A stretch of 64,000 bases of DNA from the human T2T-CHM13v2.0 reference genome, Homo sapiens, in NCBI RefSeq assembly GCF_009914755.1, contig NC_060934.1, one strand, 5' to 3'. This document shows positions 1 to 15,000 of this stretch, piece by piece. The notes below the pieces were generated by a model. It saw nothing but the letters and a program-made list of their open reading frames with translations, was not told the DNA's origin and did not search any database. Position 1 is the stretch's first letter, and every line of letters begins with the position of its first letter. A program made the translations under genes and the position numbers.

Positions 1-900
1 CTTTTTTCACCCGCATACTGAAAAGATGTTTTCATTGGGTATAGAATTCTAGGTGGTAATTATTTTCTTTCATTACATCAGGGGTCATCAAACTTTTTCT
101 ATAAATAGGCTGACAGTAAATATGTTAGGCTTTGCAAACCATGTAGTCTCTGCCACAACTATTTAATGCTGCCATAGTGGTGTGAAAGAAGCCATAAACA
201 ATACGTTAGTGGGTGTGGCTATGTTCCAATAAAATCTTATTTGAAAAACATGCAGCAGGCTAGTTTTGCCCCATGGAGCCACAATTTGCTGAACCCTGCA
301 CTACATTGAAGATATTATTCCACTATTTCTTACATTATTGCCACAGAGAAGTCAGCTATTAGTCTAACTGAAATTCCTTAGAAGTAATCTGTCTTTTCTC
401 CGACTGCTTTTAAAATTTTCTCTGTCTTTGGTTTTCAACAGTTTCACTCTGGTAAGTCTAAGTGTGGATATCATTTTATGTATTCTGTTTGGGATTCACT
501 GGACCTCTTAAATCTGTAAATTCATGTCTTTAAGCAATTCTGGGAAATCCCCAGTCAATATCTCTTTAATTATTGCCTCTGTCCCACTTTCTCCTCTCTG
601 GACTCTAATCAAACATATGTTAGATCTTTTCACTGTATTATTCTTATCTCTTATGTTCCCTTCTGTATTTCCTACCCTTTTGCTTTTCTAGTATCATTCT
701 GAATAACTTCTGATCTATCTTCGAATTCATTTATTCTCTCTTTGGCTATGTCCAACCTTTTGTCAGACATGTTCATTTAATTTTTACTTTGCTAGTGTAT
801 TTTTCTTCTTTAGAAGTTCTATTTGGGTCTTTCCTCCTTCTTTTATGATATCTTTTTCCTAGTTTCCTATTCTCCATAGATATTTTAAGTTAGTCATTTA
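1..900 (-). mobile_element. Old L1 (L1M) fragment, interrupted by MER58
   Basis: T-rich degenerate antisense L1-like sequence. Confidence 0.5.
79..298 (+). mobile_element. MER58-type hAT element inserted in an old L1
   Basis: cagggg...ccctg termini; 8-bp TSD cattacat/cactacat. Confidence 0.75.
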
Positions 901-1778
901 TTTATTAAAACATAAGTTAGCATAGTTTTTTTTTTTTTAAAAAAAACTTCTGGTAATTATCAGAAACAAAAGTCTTTCCATACTTAAATTTAAGTTTCTT
1001 TCAGGCAGAAAGTCATTGAATTTTGTTTGCAATTCATCTAAAATGATTGTCTAACAATATAAATATCTGCTAATCTTGATGTCTGAAGATCATTCCATTA
1101 ATTAGGAATCTTCCTAGCAGTATAATTGAAGTAAATGTTTGTTTTAATCTTGCAATAATTCATTTTTCTTCTTCTCTTATAGAACACACATTTTCTTTGG
1201 AGAACAACCTATGCCCCAATCTCAGTTCTCATTTAAGTGGGTTGACTCTACCCAGCATCCAAGGCTATGCATTTGACTTAGGCCTGGCCAATCAGAGTTT
1301 AGGATTCCTATGGTGCAAGTGATTGACCCGGGGTAGACACGTGATTCAGTCAGTCCAATGAGTCTAGATTCCAAGATTTTTTTTCTAGCTGGTATCTTTC
1401 CACCAGGGACATCAAGCAGGCAGAAATATAATCTAGAGCTACATATAACTGTTAACACCATAAGCGGAGAGTCTGCATGGAAATGGAGGCAGCAGAGAGG
1501 AAACAGAGCCAAGAGATGGAAAAAAACAAGGCTTGGTGGCATCATGGTAGCTCTTTTATTCAGATTCACTCCTTGCCCTTTCAGTTACATGCACAAAAAT
1601 AAACCAATAGCTCTTTGTAATTTAGGCCTTTTAAATTGGGTATTTTTTCATTTACAACCTAGAGTCTTGACAAGTAGAGTACCACTGTGCAGCATACTCT
1701 GCTCCTCATTCCTGTCATGTAATGATGATAATAATACTATCTGAAAATCACATATCAAGAAATTACCATCCAACATAC

Positions 1779-1910
1779 CTTGTCTGTTTGAATCAGCAAC
1801 ACTGTATAATTGGGAGAAAATGTCATATGTTCTACAGGTCTTTCAATCTCAAGAAAATCCTCGATCATGTAACTTCTATCTTTAATAATAAAAGAATACA
1901 CGAAGCCATC
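1779..1910 (-). CDS. CFAP43: CFAP43 exon 8 ([12 protein letters not shown]...LLIQTDK); gene continues beyond the window start
   Basis: ctctag|GAT ... AAG|GTATG; 132 nt; frame continuous. Confidence 0.95.
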
Positions 1911-3047
1911 CTAGAGATGAGTGAGATAAACATAGAAAATCAGTCTTAGTCAATGCATAGTATACTTGCCTCATCAGACAAGCTAAGGCTTATTGATTAC
2001 TTCTACTGCTTATTTGGAATCATCATCTATGTTTGCATAGATGCACTGTCCTCTCATCTTTATTTAGACAACTTTTAACTATGTTCCCTGGTCAAGCTTC
2101 AGTCTGATCTCTTTTGTGATGCATTTTTCAATTACCTAAAATTTTACTGACCTCCCCTTTTTTTGAGTTTCTCTAGTATCCCTCTTCTTACTACATTCTT
2201 CACTGCACAGGAGGTAGGAAAAATGAAGTAGAGTTTGTGTGGCTTGTGTATAGCAGTTTCTTTCCTTCAAAGGACACTAGCCCTCCTGTATGCTCTTTAA
2301 TCATTATTATGTGCATTTCTTATCTCCCTAAATGACCCAAGGGTAGGCAGTGTGCCTTTTATTCCCTTCGGATCCTCTTTTTCTGTTCCTCACACAGTAG
2401 TAGAACATGGCAAGTATCCAATAGAAACGGGTTGGTGGGTTGGTTGGTTGGCTGGTTGTGAATAGATTTAGGTTAATTTTATTATTCTCAAGAGGAATTT
2501 GAGTTATTTTTACAATAGTGAAAACACTCTGAGGAAATTTATTTATCATTTTCTAGATTAGATCTGTTATAACTAAGCATGGGGACTTTAGATGGCTGGT
2601 TTCAAATGCTTGGGCCCTGGAAGGGAAAGCAGGCAAGGTGCTTTTTTTGAGCTCATCTCCATTCTCCATCACTCACCAGAGCAAATGCTATAATAGTTAC
2701 TTTAAAGGGGGTTAAACAAACATCAAGGGTGGTCTTGAAGAGGACAAGAGTCATAAAAGGCACAAATGCTGACTAAATGGAGGAGGAGGAGGGGATAGTC
2801 CACTGCAAGGTTGGGGGAGCTAAGTGTAGGTGTATGTGCTCCAGATGGCTTCCTGAGGGTAAAATGTCTCTCACCCTGATGTCACTGCCTAGCTACCCTC
2901 AAGGTCCTGGAGATGTCATCTGTGGCAGTGAAATGGACTATGCTAACATCTGGGATAGTTACAACTAGACCTATGTTTTAGTGTAGGTCAGTTCCACACC
3001 TTAGCATTGTTTACATTGATTACAATGGCATGGAAAAACATGGTCTG

Positions 3048-3393
<346 letters not shown>

Positions 3394-4075
3394 TTACTGA
3401 GGCTGAGTTCTAATAAATGACAGCAAAGACTTTGGAGTTTGATACACCTATGTTCAAGCCCTAACTCTTCCAATTACTTGCTGGTGAACTCTGTGAGATT
3501 AGATTCCTTGTCTGTAAAAGGAGGATGTCAATAGTTTCTATTTGATAAGGTTGTTGTAAGGACCTATAAGATAATACAAGTAAAGTACTTAGCTTGGTGC
3601 CTGGCACAAAGCAAGCACCAAGTAAATGGAGGCTATTAATACTGATTCGAATATCAACAATAACATTATGATACATGTAAGTTAAATGGGCATTCACAAG
3701 AGTCTAAGCTGCAGCTTAGACAAAGGATTCCAAATTCGTGTCTGATAAGCTAATACATTAAGTGTAGAAATGAGCATGGAATTGGGTTACAGATATTAGG
3801 TATTTTTTCATTGCGGAAGGGCAATGGATTTTTAAATTCTATTTGTGTTTGTTTGCAGTAATATATGGTAGTTCATTATATCGTCCCCTCTATTTTGTAT
3901 AGATTTGAAGCTATTCATAATAAATCCTTTTTAATAGTACCCAAAGAGGAAACCATTTTAATTAATAATGTGACAGATCTGACATCCTAAAATATGGCTC
4001 ATAATAGTAAATGGCAACAAATGGGAATTGTGAATTTTCTTTAAACCAATTAATTTGAAAAAAAGAATACATTAC

Positions 4076-4146
4076 AATTCCAGAAGCCAGCACGCCCTCC
4101 TTCTGATATACCAAGGTTACTGGACTGATAAAATTTCTTCTGTCTT
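4076..4146 (-). CDS. CFAP43: CFAP43 exon 7 ((E)[23 protein letters not shown]); NAGNAG acceptor, starts at 4146 or 4143
   Basis: ttttccag|AAG|AC ... ATT|GTAAT; 71 or 68 nt, both keep the frame. Confidence 0.9.
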
Positions 4147-5004
4147 CTGGAAAAGAAAAACAAGGTAAAGCAGGTGACGTAATTAAAAGTACAATGTAAC
4201 AATGAATAATAAAAGCTACTTTTACTGATGTAAATCTTATAAGTTGTTTTTGAATTCTCTATCATCAGATCTATGTAACTAACATAGATGCTAGATTAGA
4301 GAGAGGAGCAAGGCTGGAGGGTATAGTAGGAGTAAAGGGAAGAGAGAAAGGGAGTTGGGAGGGAAGTGAAACCTCATGGCCTCAGTTTTACAGGGAAAGT
4401 GAGTCAGAGAATAGGAAAAAAGGCAGATGAGGGACAATGCAATGGGGAAAACTTGCTGGAGGGGGTGGTATTTGAGCTGGGCATTGGCAGATTCAGAGAC
4501 AGTAAGTGCCAAGGGAATGGGCTAGAGGCATGTCTGTGAAATGGTGAAAATAAATGACTGGCTCAGAAAACTCATACCAGGGCATAGTTGGAAATAATAT
4601 TAATGGAGTAGGTAGGATCAGATTAGGGAGAGCGTGAAATCAAGGCAGAGCAGTTCTTGAGCTGGGTGTTAAAAGTGGCCTTCAAAGAGGCAATTTGACA
4701 GAGATAAACTGCATAGTTTGGGTCAGATGTAGATTAAGGTCAGTGAAGTCCATCCTAAGGTTGTTACAGAAATCAAGGTGTGAAATAGTAAGAGCAATTG
4801 AAATAGAGAGTGCTTTGGACAGGTTTGAGGAGCTTGTCTTGGCAAGGCCCCCTCCTCCCAGGGTCTACATCTACTGCTCAATGAGTGGACAGTGGCTCCT
4901 GTGGCCCAGGCCCAACCATGGCCACAGCTGATAGGGTCAGGAATAGACACTATATCTAGGGCAGAATAGATCAGGTTATCTTTCAAATTCTAGCTGAGCA
5001 ATAT

Positions 5005-5300
5005 GGCAGGGTGTGGTGGCTCCTGCCTGTAATCCCAGCACTTTGGGAGGCCAAGGCAGGCAGATCACTTGAGGTCAGGAGTTCAAGATCAGCCGGGCCA
5101 ACATGACGAAACCCCATCTCTACTAAAAATACAAAAATTAGCCAGGCGTGGTAGTGTGTGCCTATAATTCCAGGTACCTGGGAGGCTGAGACACGAGATC
5201 GCTTGAACCCAGGAGGCGGAGGTTGCAGTGAGCCAAGATTGCACCACTGCATCCTAGCCTGGGTGACAGAATGAGACTCTGTCTAAAAAAAAACCAAAAA
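5005..5300 (+). mobile_element. AluS
   Basis: Alu consensus with A tail. Confidence 0.9.
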
Positions 5301-5777
5301 AACAACACCTCTAACCGAGCAATAGAAAGGTAATTTTCAAGATGGCTTTTGGGCTTAACAGATGATCAGCCTGGAGAAAAGGGTTGGGGTGGGGGCAGGA
5401 AAGGGTATGATTAGCAGACTAAGCAGAATGGGCATATGTATAGAAAAGGATACAGCACAGTAGCCAAGAACTTGGACTCTGAGGTATTATTGCCTGGGTT
5501 CAGGTGTCAGCTCCACAGTTTACGTGGACTGGGCCATGTTTCCTAACATATCTCTTCTGTATCGTGGAGATTAAGGTGTCTCTCCTCATAATGTTGTTCT
5601 GAGGATTACATGAAATATGCATATAAAGTGATGGTAGAATGCCAACAGCACAGTAACAGCCAGAGGATTAAGAAGAAGGAGGATTCAAAGATGTCTCCAA
5701 GAAAGAGAAAAATAGGGAAAACCAAAAAAACCAACACCCATGGCTATACAGGAATATGAAGTAGGACAGTTTCTTAC

Positions 5778-5937
5778 CCAATGGCGATTCCTCTTCTATC
5801 TTATTAAGTACAGTCACTTGCAAGGTGTCTCCATTAATCATTAAAAGATGACCCTCTTCACAGCCAATGTACAAGTCACTTGTTGGAGTCCAGCAATGCA
5901 TAGTCGGGTGAAGCAAAGGATATAGATCATCTTTCGG
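5778..5937 (-). CDS. CFAP43: CFAP43 exon 6 ([11 protein letters not shown]...EEESPL)
   Basis: ccctgaag|CCG ... TTGG|GTAAG; 160 nt; overlaps ORF 5668..5979. Confidence 0.95.
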
Positions 5938-7954
5938 CTTCAGGGAGAGAATAAAACCTTGTGTTAAGAAAACAATCACGGCTAAAAGCCTGAGAAATAC
6001 TCACCAGAACAACTGACAAAAAGGAACCATACTTAACCCCATAGACGCAGAAAACATAGGAACATTGAGCATTCATCATAATAATTTTTTTTAAGGACAG
6101 ACTGACTTTAATTTATTATTTGTACCTTTCATGCCCTCATAGCCTTAGATAGTTAGAAAATAAATAGTTGGGTAACAATCTGGTCACCCAGTGGATCAAG
6201 AAAAAGGCAAACCACCTTTCCCACTCCAAAAAATTAAACTGCTGCTGAATAGTGACACTTCTGTGGTGTCTGATTGAGATTTGACTCATAAGGAAGAGAG
6301 TTATTCACCGTTATCACCATTATTGAAAAGTTTCCTGAGTTTTTTTTATGACATCTAACCTTAAACTATAAATCACAAAGACAGACTTAACTGAAATGAC
6401 AATAGGATCAAAATCTTAAACAAAACAACAACAAAACACCATGTCTCTCATTTGCACAATACCAGTGAATCTGTGTGTATAAAACAAAATGTGAAGATTA
6501 AAATTTGAAATTTTCTGGCCTTGGTATGTTAAACTAGTATTGTATGTGGCTTTTTTTTCTTTAAGACAAACCTGGGCTTGTCTTCCTATTACTTTTTCAT
6601 CAATAAATATATTTGATGACATTTAAAAATGAATGTGAGTATATGGATTATGTAAGCAGAAACAATAGTTTATAATTCTGAGATATTTAAAAATAAAGGG
6701 TACCAGTAGTGTTTAGAAATGTTTGTTGATAATATCATCTCCTTTTTCAGTCCTCTAGAATCAGAAATCATTTTGATCACATGATGACAAAACATGAAAA
6801 ATTGCAGTCCAATTTAATCCTGCTTTAGAAAATGTAAAAATCCATATATATTTCAAAATATTTGAGTCTCTAAAAGAGATTCCTATTTAGCAACATCTGT
6901 TTGAAAAAATTAAAAAGGTAGATGGAAAATAGAAATTAGACACTTGAGATTAAGTTCATGATCTTGGATCCAATTTCTGCCCAGATAACATCTGCCTTTG
7001 ATTTCCCCCATGCTACGACTTAAAACTGGATACATTTCTAACGCCCTAAATAAGTTGTGTAATGTGACTCAGGGCTATTTAAAGTCCTGTAATGTACCCT
7101 TCTGGCATTAGCTATGAATAGATAATGGGATTATTTGATGTTTGTAATTTTTTAAAAGTCCACAACTTATCCATTTTTAAGACCTTATACAGATCGAGTC
7201 ATTATTGATTCCCTTGCCATTGGTACCCAGGTCACAAGAAATGACATTGAAGGAGGGAATAGAATCAAGACATTTGAGATCTATTTTTGGTTATGCTTTC
7301 ACTCATTGTACAGACATTAATTAATGTTTTAAACATTTTCCTCACTTTATTTTGCTACAAAATGAAAAAGTAAACTACTGGGAAAATGTCTAACTTAAAT
7401 ACAAAATATATGGCTTTATTAATAATCCATGAATGATTTAGGGTTGTCAAACTATAATATTACATTTCTGCTTTCAGAAAAATTTAAAATACACTGAGTG
7501 CACAAGTCCTAGGAAATAAAGATGTCTGCCCAGACAATATATCCACATAGCAAAACTGCAGGCGTACCCCTTAAATTTATACAAATAAAAAAGGTTTTAA
7601 AATAAAGATGTCTATTATGAGCATTTTAAAATAATAACTCCACATTTGAGTATTTAAAGAAGGCATTTCATAGCATTTCTCAAATGACAAGGACAATTGC
7701 CTGAATTTTAAATGTTTTATGCAGAGTTCGTTATGTTTGTACAAAATGTGAAATATAAGGGCTCCTACACATATTTTCTGCCCAGAAAAACCCAATTTGA
7801 GAGAGTAGAAATTTAGGGGCTCTGGCACCAAATACTAAACATAGAAAAATTTGAGTTGCAAACCTTGATGGCTGATCTCTTTGTTCTTCCTTTGCTGCCC
7901 CACTGTGGCTGAATGCAGTTATATCTCCAAGGCTGAGACCTGTGCTATAAAAGG

Positions 7955-8342
7955 AACTACAGTATCCACAGGGGATGGGTTCCAGGACCCCCCACTGATA
8001 CCAAAATCTGTGGATGCTCCAGTTCCTTACATAAAATGGCATAGTATTTCCATATAACCTACATACATCCCCCTGTAAATTTTTTCTTTATTTTTAATTA
8101 TTTTATTTTATTTTTTCTCCCATATACTTTTAAGTCATCTCTAGGTTACTTATAATACCTAATACAATGTAAATGTTTTATAAATAGTTGTTATACTATA
8201 TTGTTTAGGAAATAACGAGAAGAAATAAAAGTGTGTATATATTCAGTACAGATGCAACCATACAACTTTTTTCTGAATATTTTTGATCTGCAGTGGGTTG
8301 AATACACAGAAGTGGAACCCACGAATGCAGGAGATTGACTAT
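7955..8342 (+). mobile_element. MER2 (TcMar-Tigger) element
   Basis: cagtatcc..ggggat.ggttccaggacccc..ataccaaaatc..ggatgctc matches the recalled MER2 consensus. Confidence 0.7.
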
Positions 8343-8484
8343 AATCTCTTTCCATAATTTAAAAAGGTGAATCATTGACATTCATTAGAGGAAATATTAA
8401 GGGCATGTAACCCTTTCTCTTGCTTGCCACAGAGATTTTTGAATGAACTAATCTTCACACTGAATTATTTTTATTTTAGTTTAG

Positions 8485-9170
<686 letters not shown>

Positions 9171-9179
9171 GAAACACTC

Positions 9180-9545
9180 TTTATCCTGCTTGTAACATGA
9201 GTAATGCCTCCTTGTCCTTCAAATCTTAGCTTAAGCGTCATCTCCCCAGAGGCCTTCCTTAACCAGCCCATCCCATCCTTGCTGCCCTGTCTCCATTTAT
9301 TCTGTTGTAATAATTACCACATTTTGTAATGATTCAATATATCATTGCAAAATGTGATAATTATTACAAAAGAACAATACTCTTTACTTTTGTTGTTGTA
9401 GTTCTGTCTCCCTGACAAGAATGTAAGCTCCATGAGAATTACATGGAGCCTGCTTGGCCACCATGCGAATCCCATTGCTTAAAACAGTGTCTGCTCCATA
9501 GAAGAAACTTGATAAATCTCTGTTGAATGAATGAATGAATGAATG
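9180..9545 (+). mobile_element. L2 3' end with (GAAT)n tail
   Basis: tgtaagctccatgag...tgttgaatgaatgaatgaat, the typical L2 terminus. Confidence 0.65.
9300..9374. repeat. Near-perfect inverted repeat (~34-bp arms, 7-nt loop)
   Basis: ttgtaataattaccacattttgtaatgat / atcattgcaaaatgtgataattattacaa. Confidence 0.9.
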
Positions 9546-10122
9546 GGTGTGTAACACCTGGCAAACTCCCTTTTGAAACTTTCTTCTGCTGTTTCCTACG
9601 GCCTTGTTCCTCCCTCCCGGGTTTGCTCCTACTTCTGTGACTGCGCCTTCTCAGAATTCCTTTCGCCCCTGAGTTCAGCAGTCAGCTGGCTCTGGCTCTC
9701 TTTTCTTCCCTTGCACCCTTTCTCTCTTTGCTCATCACATCCCCTCAGTGCTCCCACCGTCCTATCTGTGAGAATGACACTGACAGTCCCACCTCTCCTC
9801 CCTAACACTAGGTCCACTTTCCCAACTTCTGCCCAGCATCTCCACCTAGGTGTCTTCCCTGCACCCCAAATTGAGTATGCCCAAAATGGAAATCACACCT
9901 GGGCCCCCTGTCTCTGTTAGCAATGCCGTCATCATCCCAGTCATCCAAACTCAAAACTCCAGAGTCTTCATCTCTCACAGTCTCTGTGGCTAATCTATAT
10001 TAAAAACCAAGATGATCCTCTGTATCCTGCATTTCTCAAGGGATGGTTATGCCAATCAAATGAGATCAGGCTTCCTAGACCTCAACCCATTAGGCAAACA
10101 GGAAGAGGTGCCAGGTAATTAC

Positions 10123-10273
10123 CCGGAAAGTCTCTGCCTCTTTGCCTACCAGCCCGGCAATGGCTGACAGTGGCAGCACGGGACCATAGATGAGATCTTT
10201 CGGCAACGACTGGGGGAAAACGACATCCGTTTCATTAAAAAATGACCCATCTTCTAGAGGTAATTTCACCGAC
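10123..10273 (-). CDS. CFAP43: CFAP43 exon 5 ([12 protein letters not shown]...EAETFR)
   Basis: tctacag|G ... CGG|GTAAT; 151 nt; overlaps ORF 10090..10335. Confidence 0.95.
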
Positions 10274-11660
10274 CTGTAGACAAAAGAGGCATCAGAACAA
10301 TGAGATGAACAGAAACTTCTTATTGATGCAACCACTGCATATCAGTTTAAGTGAGGTGGGGAGGTATTATAACTTGCAAAAATCAAATAAGAAGATAAAA
10401 GCCAAATGATAGATTTAAAAATATATAACAGGTTGTAAAAAGACAAGTTACACAGTTTTAAATTAAGTACTGAGGGATTATAAAAATTTTTGAAAGTTAA
10501 TATCTAAAGCAGGAGTTGTAAATTTGAATACTGGATGAGGGTCGGGCAGGTGATATGTGACTGGTGAGGACAGTGGAAAATGGGAAAATATTTGTCCCTC
10601 CTCAAGGTGGCAGGGACCACTCAGTTCAAGCCAAGAGGGTTGTTGACATGTGAGAATTTTGATTCCAAAATTTCAAGAGAATACTATAACCTGGATATTT
10701 ATGAGAAATCTCTTAAACTTTAAATGTTGGCAACTAATTCAAATGAAAAACACTGTAGACTAAAATAAATATATATTTAAACATATATTCAGGCTGTATT
10801 CAGCTACTTTTATAATCTCTGATATTGAGTTCATTTTCAAATTTATCATATATCTACTTTTAATTTATAATATGGTTATAAAGGTTAATTTAGAGAATTT
10901 GTGGTTTCATGCATTAAATTCAAAACTTCCTTGCCTAGATTTTATAAATGATAAACAATTTTGAAAAACAATCACATAAAAACAGCACCTACTACTCAAA
11001 TGTAAGGCTGAAGTGTGTTTGAATCCTGCTTGCTTTGTGAACTAGGACAATCCACTCGTTTTATCTCCCATTTTATTTGCTTACAGAAAAGTCACAACTC
11101 AGTATTCAGAACTTGAGTAGAACGTTTGAGGGAGGCAAAGGGAGAAAAGGGTGTGATAAATTACTTGCCTGCCCTCACAAGGATCTGATAGAGATATCAC
11201 CCACTTTTATTAAAAGGTGCAGTGTTGTCAACTCTCACTAGAGACAGATTTGGCTATTCAATGGGTTACTGTGAAAAAGAAGTTGAGACATAAAGAGCAC
11301 TGAGCAGAAAGGCTTCTCTTAAGGCTCTCCATTTCAAAAGCTTTATTTACTAGCTTTAGATTCTCTTAAGGCGATTTATCAAAATTGCAATTTCAAGGGA
11401 ATACTTTTGAGATCTCTTAAAAATCAAGAGATCCAACATCTCTTCAACTTTGACTTCATGGAGTACACTGAAAATGGTCAGCTCAGTAGCACCTTGAGTC
11501 TCCGAGCTCTTTCTCAACAAAAGCACCCATTATCACCACGGCATTTGTCACAGAATTTCTCTTTGACCCAGTTCTATTTAAACAGGTAACTCCCATGGCT
11601 CCACTATACACAACTACCCTTTTGCTTGCGGATAATGTGTCTGAATGTATAATCTGCATA

Positions 11661-11950
<290 letters not shown>

Positions 11951-12374
11951 AATCTGCATACTTTCTATATCTAACCATTTCTTATTTTTGAAATTCCAGT
12001 AGGGCATCTGAGTAATAGCAAAAGTCTTAACTCTCCTTTTTATACAACAGGCATGTTTTAAAATAGTAAGGACAAATAAAATTTTAGAAAATTAGATCAT
12101 GTTGGAAAAAGCTCTCAGAGAACTTAATATTTTAAATAAATTAATTGGGAAACAAGTCATAGAGAATTCTTTTGAAATGCAAACAACCACTCCAAGGTAA
12201 TCACGCATGTAGAAAGATGTTATAACAAGATAAGCTGAACGTATGTGTGTGTATGTGTGTGTATGCATATATATGTATGTATAAAGCCACTTAATTCATC
12301 AAATTGACCCAATCACATTACACGAATGCAAACAAAGAGCACCATGTTGCTACTGTTGTAACAAAGGCTCCTAC

Positions 12375-12542
12375 CTTGCTCTGAAACAATGCTCCTGGTT
12401 ACTTCTTTCAATGGTCCACACGCTCACTGTACTTGGACTTGATAAGCACAGCTGGCGCCAGTTCATGGGGTTAAAAGACATTTGGTTCACATCCATTCCA
12501 GGCTGTGATTTCTTACACAAAATGATACTCGATTCCCAGTTC
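12375..12542 (-). CDS. CFAP43: CFAP43 exon 4 ([11 protein letters not shown]...EHCFRAR)
   Basis: ctctaag|G ... AG|GTAGG; 168 nt; frame continuous. Confidence 0.95.
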
Positions 12543-12970
12543 CTTAGAGAAAAATAGCATTTGATGAAAAAAAGTTCATTTGAATTTCATGTATTTAGAA
12601 CATTTATCTATTTTTTAATTTACATAAATTGGGATATAATTTATGATACAATTTATATAATCAATGACCTTAATGTCAAATTTATAAATACTTATGCTTA
12701 TCATTGTATTGTATCCTAAGAAAGCAAAAAAACTATGTTTTAAAAACACTATACTGTCATATGCTATACCAAGGCTATTTTATCTTCTTTAATAATTTTG
12801 CAATTTAACTCAGCCAAACCTAGAAAATGAAATATATCATCACATTTGCTACAAAACAAGTGTAAGTGCCTGAATCTGTAAGTACTACATGTGAGTACTC
12901 CATATGGATCTGGGGGTACTGTTCTCATCGATGCCAATTGATCATTTATTGAGTTTTTAAAATTAAAGTG

Positions 12971-13324
<354 letters not shown>

Positions 13325-14569
13325 TTACCCATTTAAGAGAATATCCTGAACTCCTACCATGAACAAAGTCCCTTGCTAGATGAAGGAAAAGAAAAAAATT
13401 AAATGTGAGCTATGCCCTCAAATGAGGGGCCAGAACTCCATTCAGAGTTGTGATTAGGAAACTGGAGCTAATATTGATTGAGCTTAGCTTGCCTTTCACT
13501 CCCTCCTGCCCTCATCCTTCATTCCCTATCACAAATGCCCTGCCCAACACATCAACCACACTCTTGCTGGAATCTCTGGTTCCCTTGATCCTTTGACTTT
13601 TTGCATCAGGTACCTGGCAAAGACCGTCATCCCTGGATGGAGACAACTGAAAGCCTGGGCTGCTAGAGACATGGGAACAAAGACTACAGGACTGTGCATG
13701 GCAGTGACACCATAAACTTGTGGTTGCCACCCCCCACCAGACCCTCAATAGGATCTCCAATCCTGCTATGTTTCTCTGGCCAGTTCTCTCTCTCTCATTC
13801 TCTAAAATGGGCATTTAAAATATTCTCCCCTCTCCCGAAACCTCTAGCCCCTCTACTCCCTTCTCAATCTCAGTAAATGGCTTTGATTCCCATGAATAAA
13901 ATAGAGGCCATCAGCTGAGAATTCTTGCTCTCAAGTATAACTACCCATTTGGGTCTGCATGGTTCTCTCCGCCTCCTCTCCCCTTACAATGGAAGGTGTG
14001 TCCTTCCTCCTACCTAAGGCCAATTCCACCACCTGTGCTCTGGGTCCCACAGTCTTGCCTTCTTAGGGACATTGGTTTACTCAGGATAACTGCATCTTCC
14101 AACTCTCCCTCTAGCCTGACTTCTTCCTGCCAACACACAAGTGCTCATCCATACCATCCTCAAAAGAAGCCTTCCCTCAGTCTTACCTTTCTATGTCTCT
14201 CCCCTCTCCTCAGAGTCAAACTTTTTGAGCAAGTTGTTCTAAAGTCACCGCCATGGCTTCCTCAGCTACTTTCCTCATCCCAGGATACCTGCATCCTGTC
14301 ACCACCATTCCATTGACATAGCTATATCCACAGATACCTGCCTTCATCCTAAATCCAAAAGGCACTTCTCAGTCATTGCCTAACTTTACCTCTGCAGAAC
14401 TGGGCACTGTTCACCACAACCACCTTCTGGAATCACTCTTAGACTCTCTGTCACACACCTCTTATGGGACACCACAGATCCTCTCTATTGTGTCTGGGCC
14501 CTTGACCCCGTCTTCTGCCTCGCTGACTCAGTGGCTGTCCAACTGTGTGTGCACTTTGACTAACTTCAT

Positions 14570-15000
14570 GTAGGCACACCCCACCTGTGCCTCGCCTCAC
14601 ACCCACTTCACACGCCCAGTGGCTTCACTGGGGCTTCACTGGGGCTCCTGGGGACAATCACGACAAACCTGAAAGTGTGAAGGAATTACCACCCTGTGCA
14701 GTGAAGCTTCAATCGATGGGATACAGGAGTTGGTGGATAAATTCTCATCTCCTCCTCTCCCCTTCCCCACCCACAGTCTGTCACTGCCTGAGGACTGTCC
14801 TGATTCACAGCAGTTCATAGAACCTCTCAGAAGACCACCTTCGAGATAGAGTAACCAGTTGCACTCGGTACCAAGTGGTGGCCAGCAAGGTAATACGCCC
14901 TCATACTGGCTCTCCTGCCCTGGGATCACACACCCTGCTAAAGATGGGATGCATGAGCTCTTGCCTCAGCCTCTGCTTTCCAAGGAACCAGGCTGAGGCA
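14570..15000. mobile_element. ERVL LTR (LTR16-like)
   Basis: Resembles LTR16 (gacaaacctgaaagtg...ggagttggtggataaa). Confidence 0.45.
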
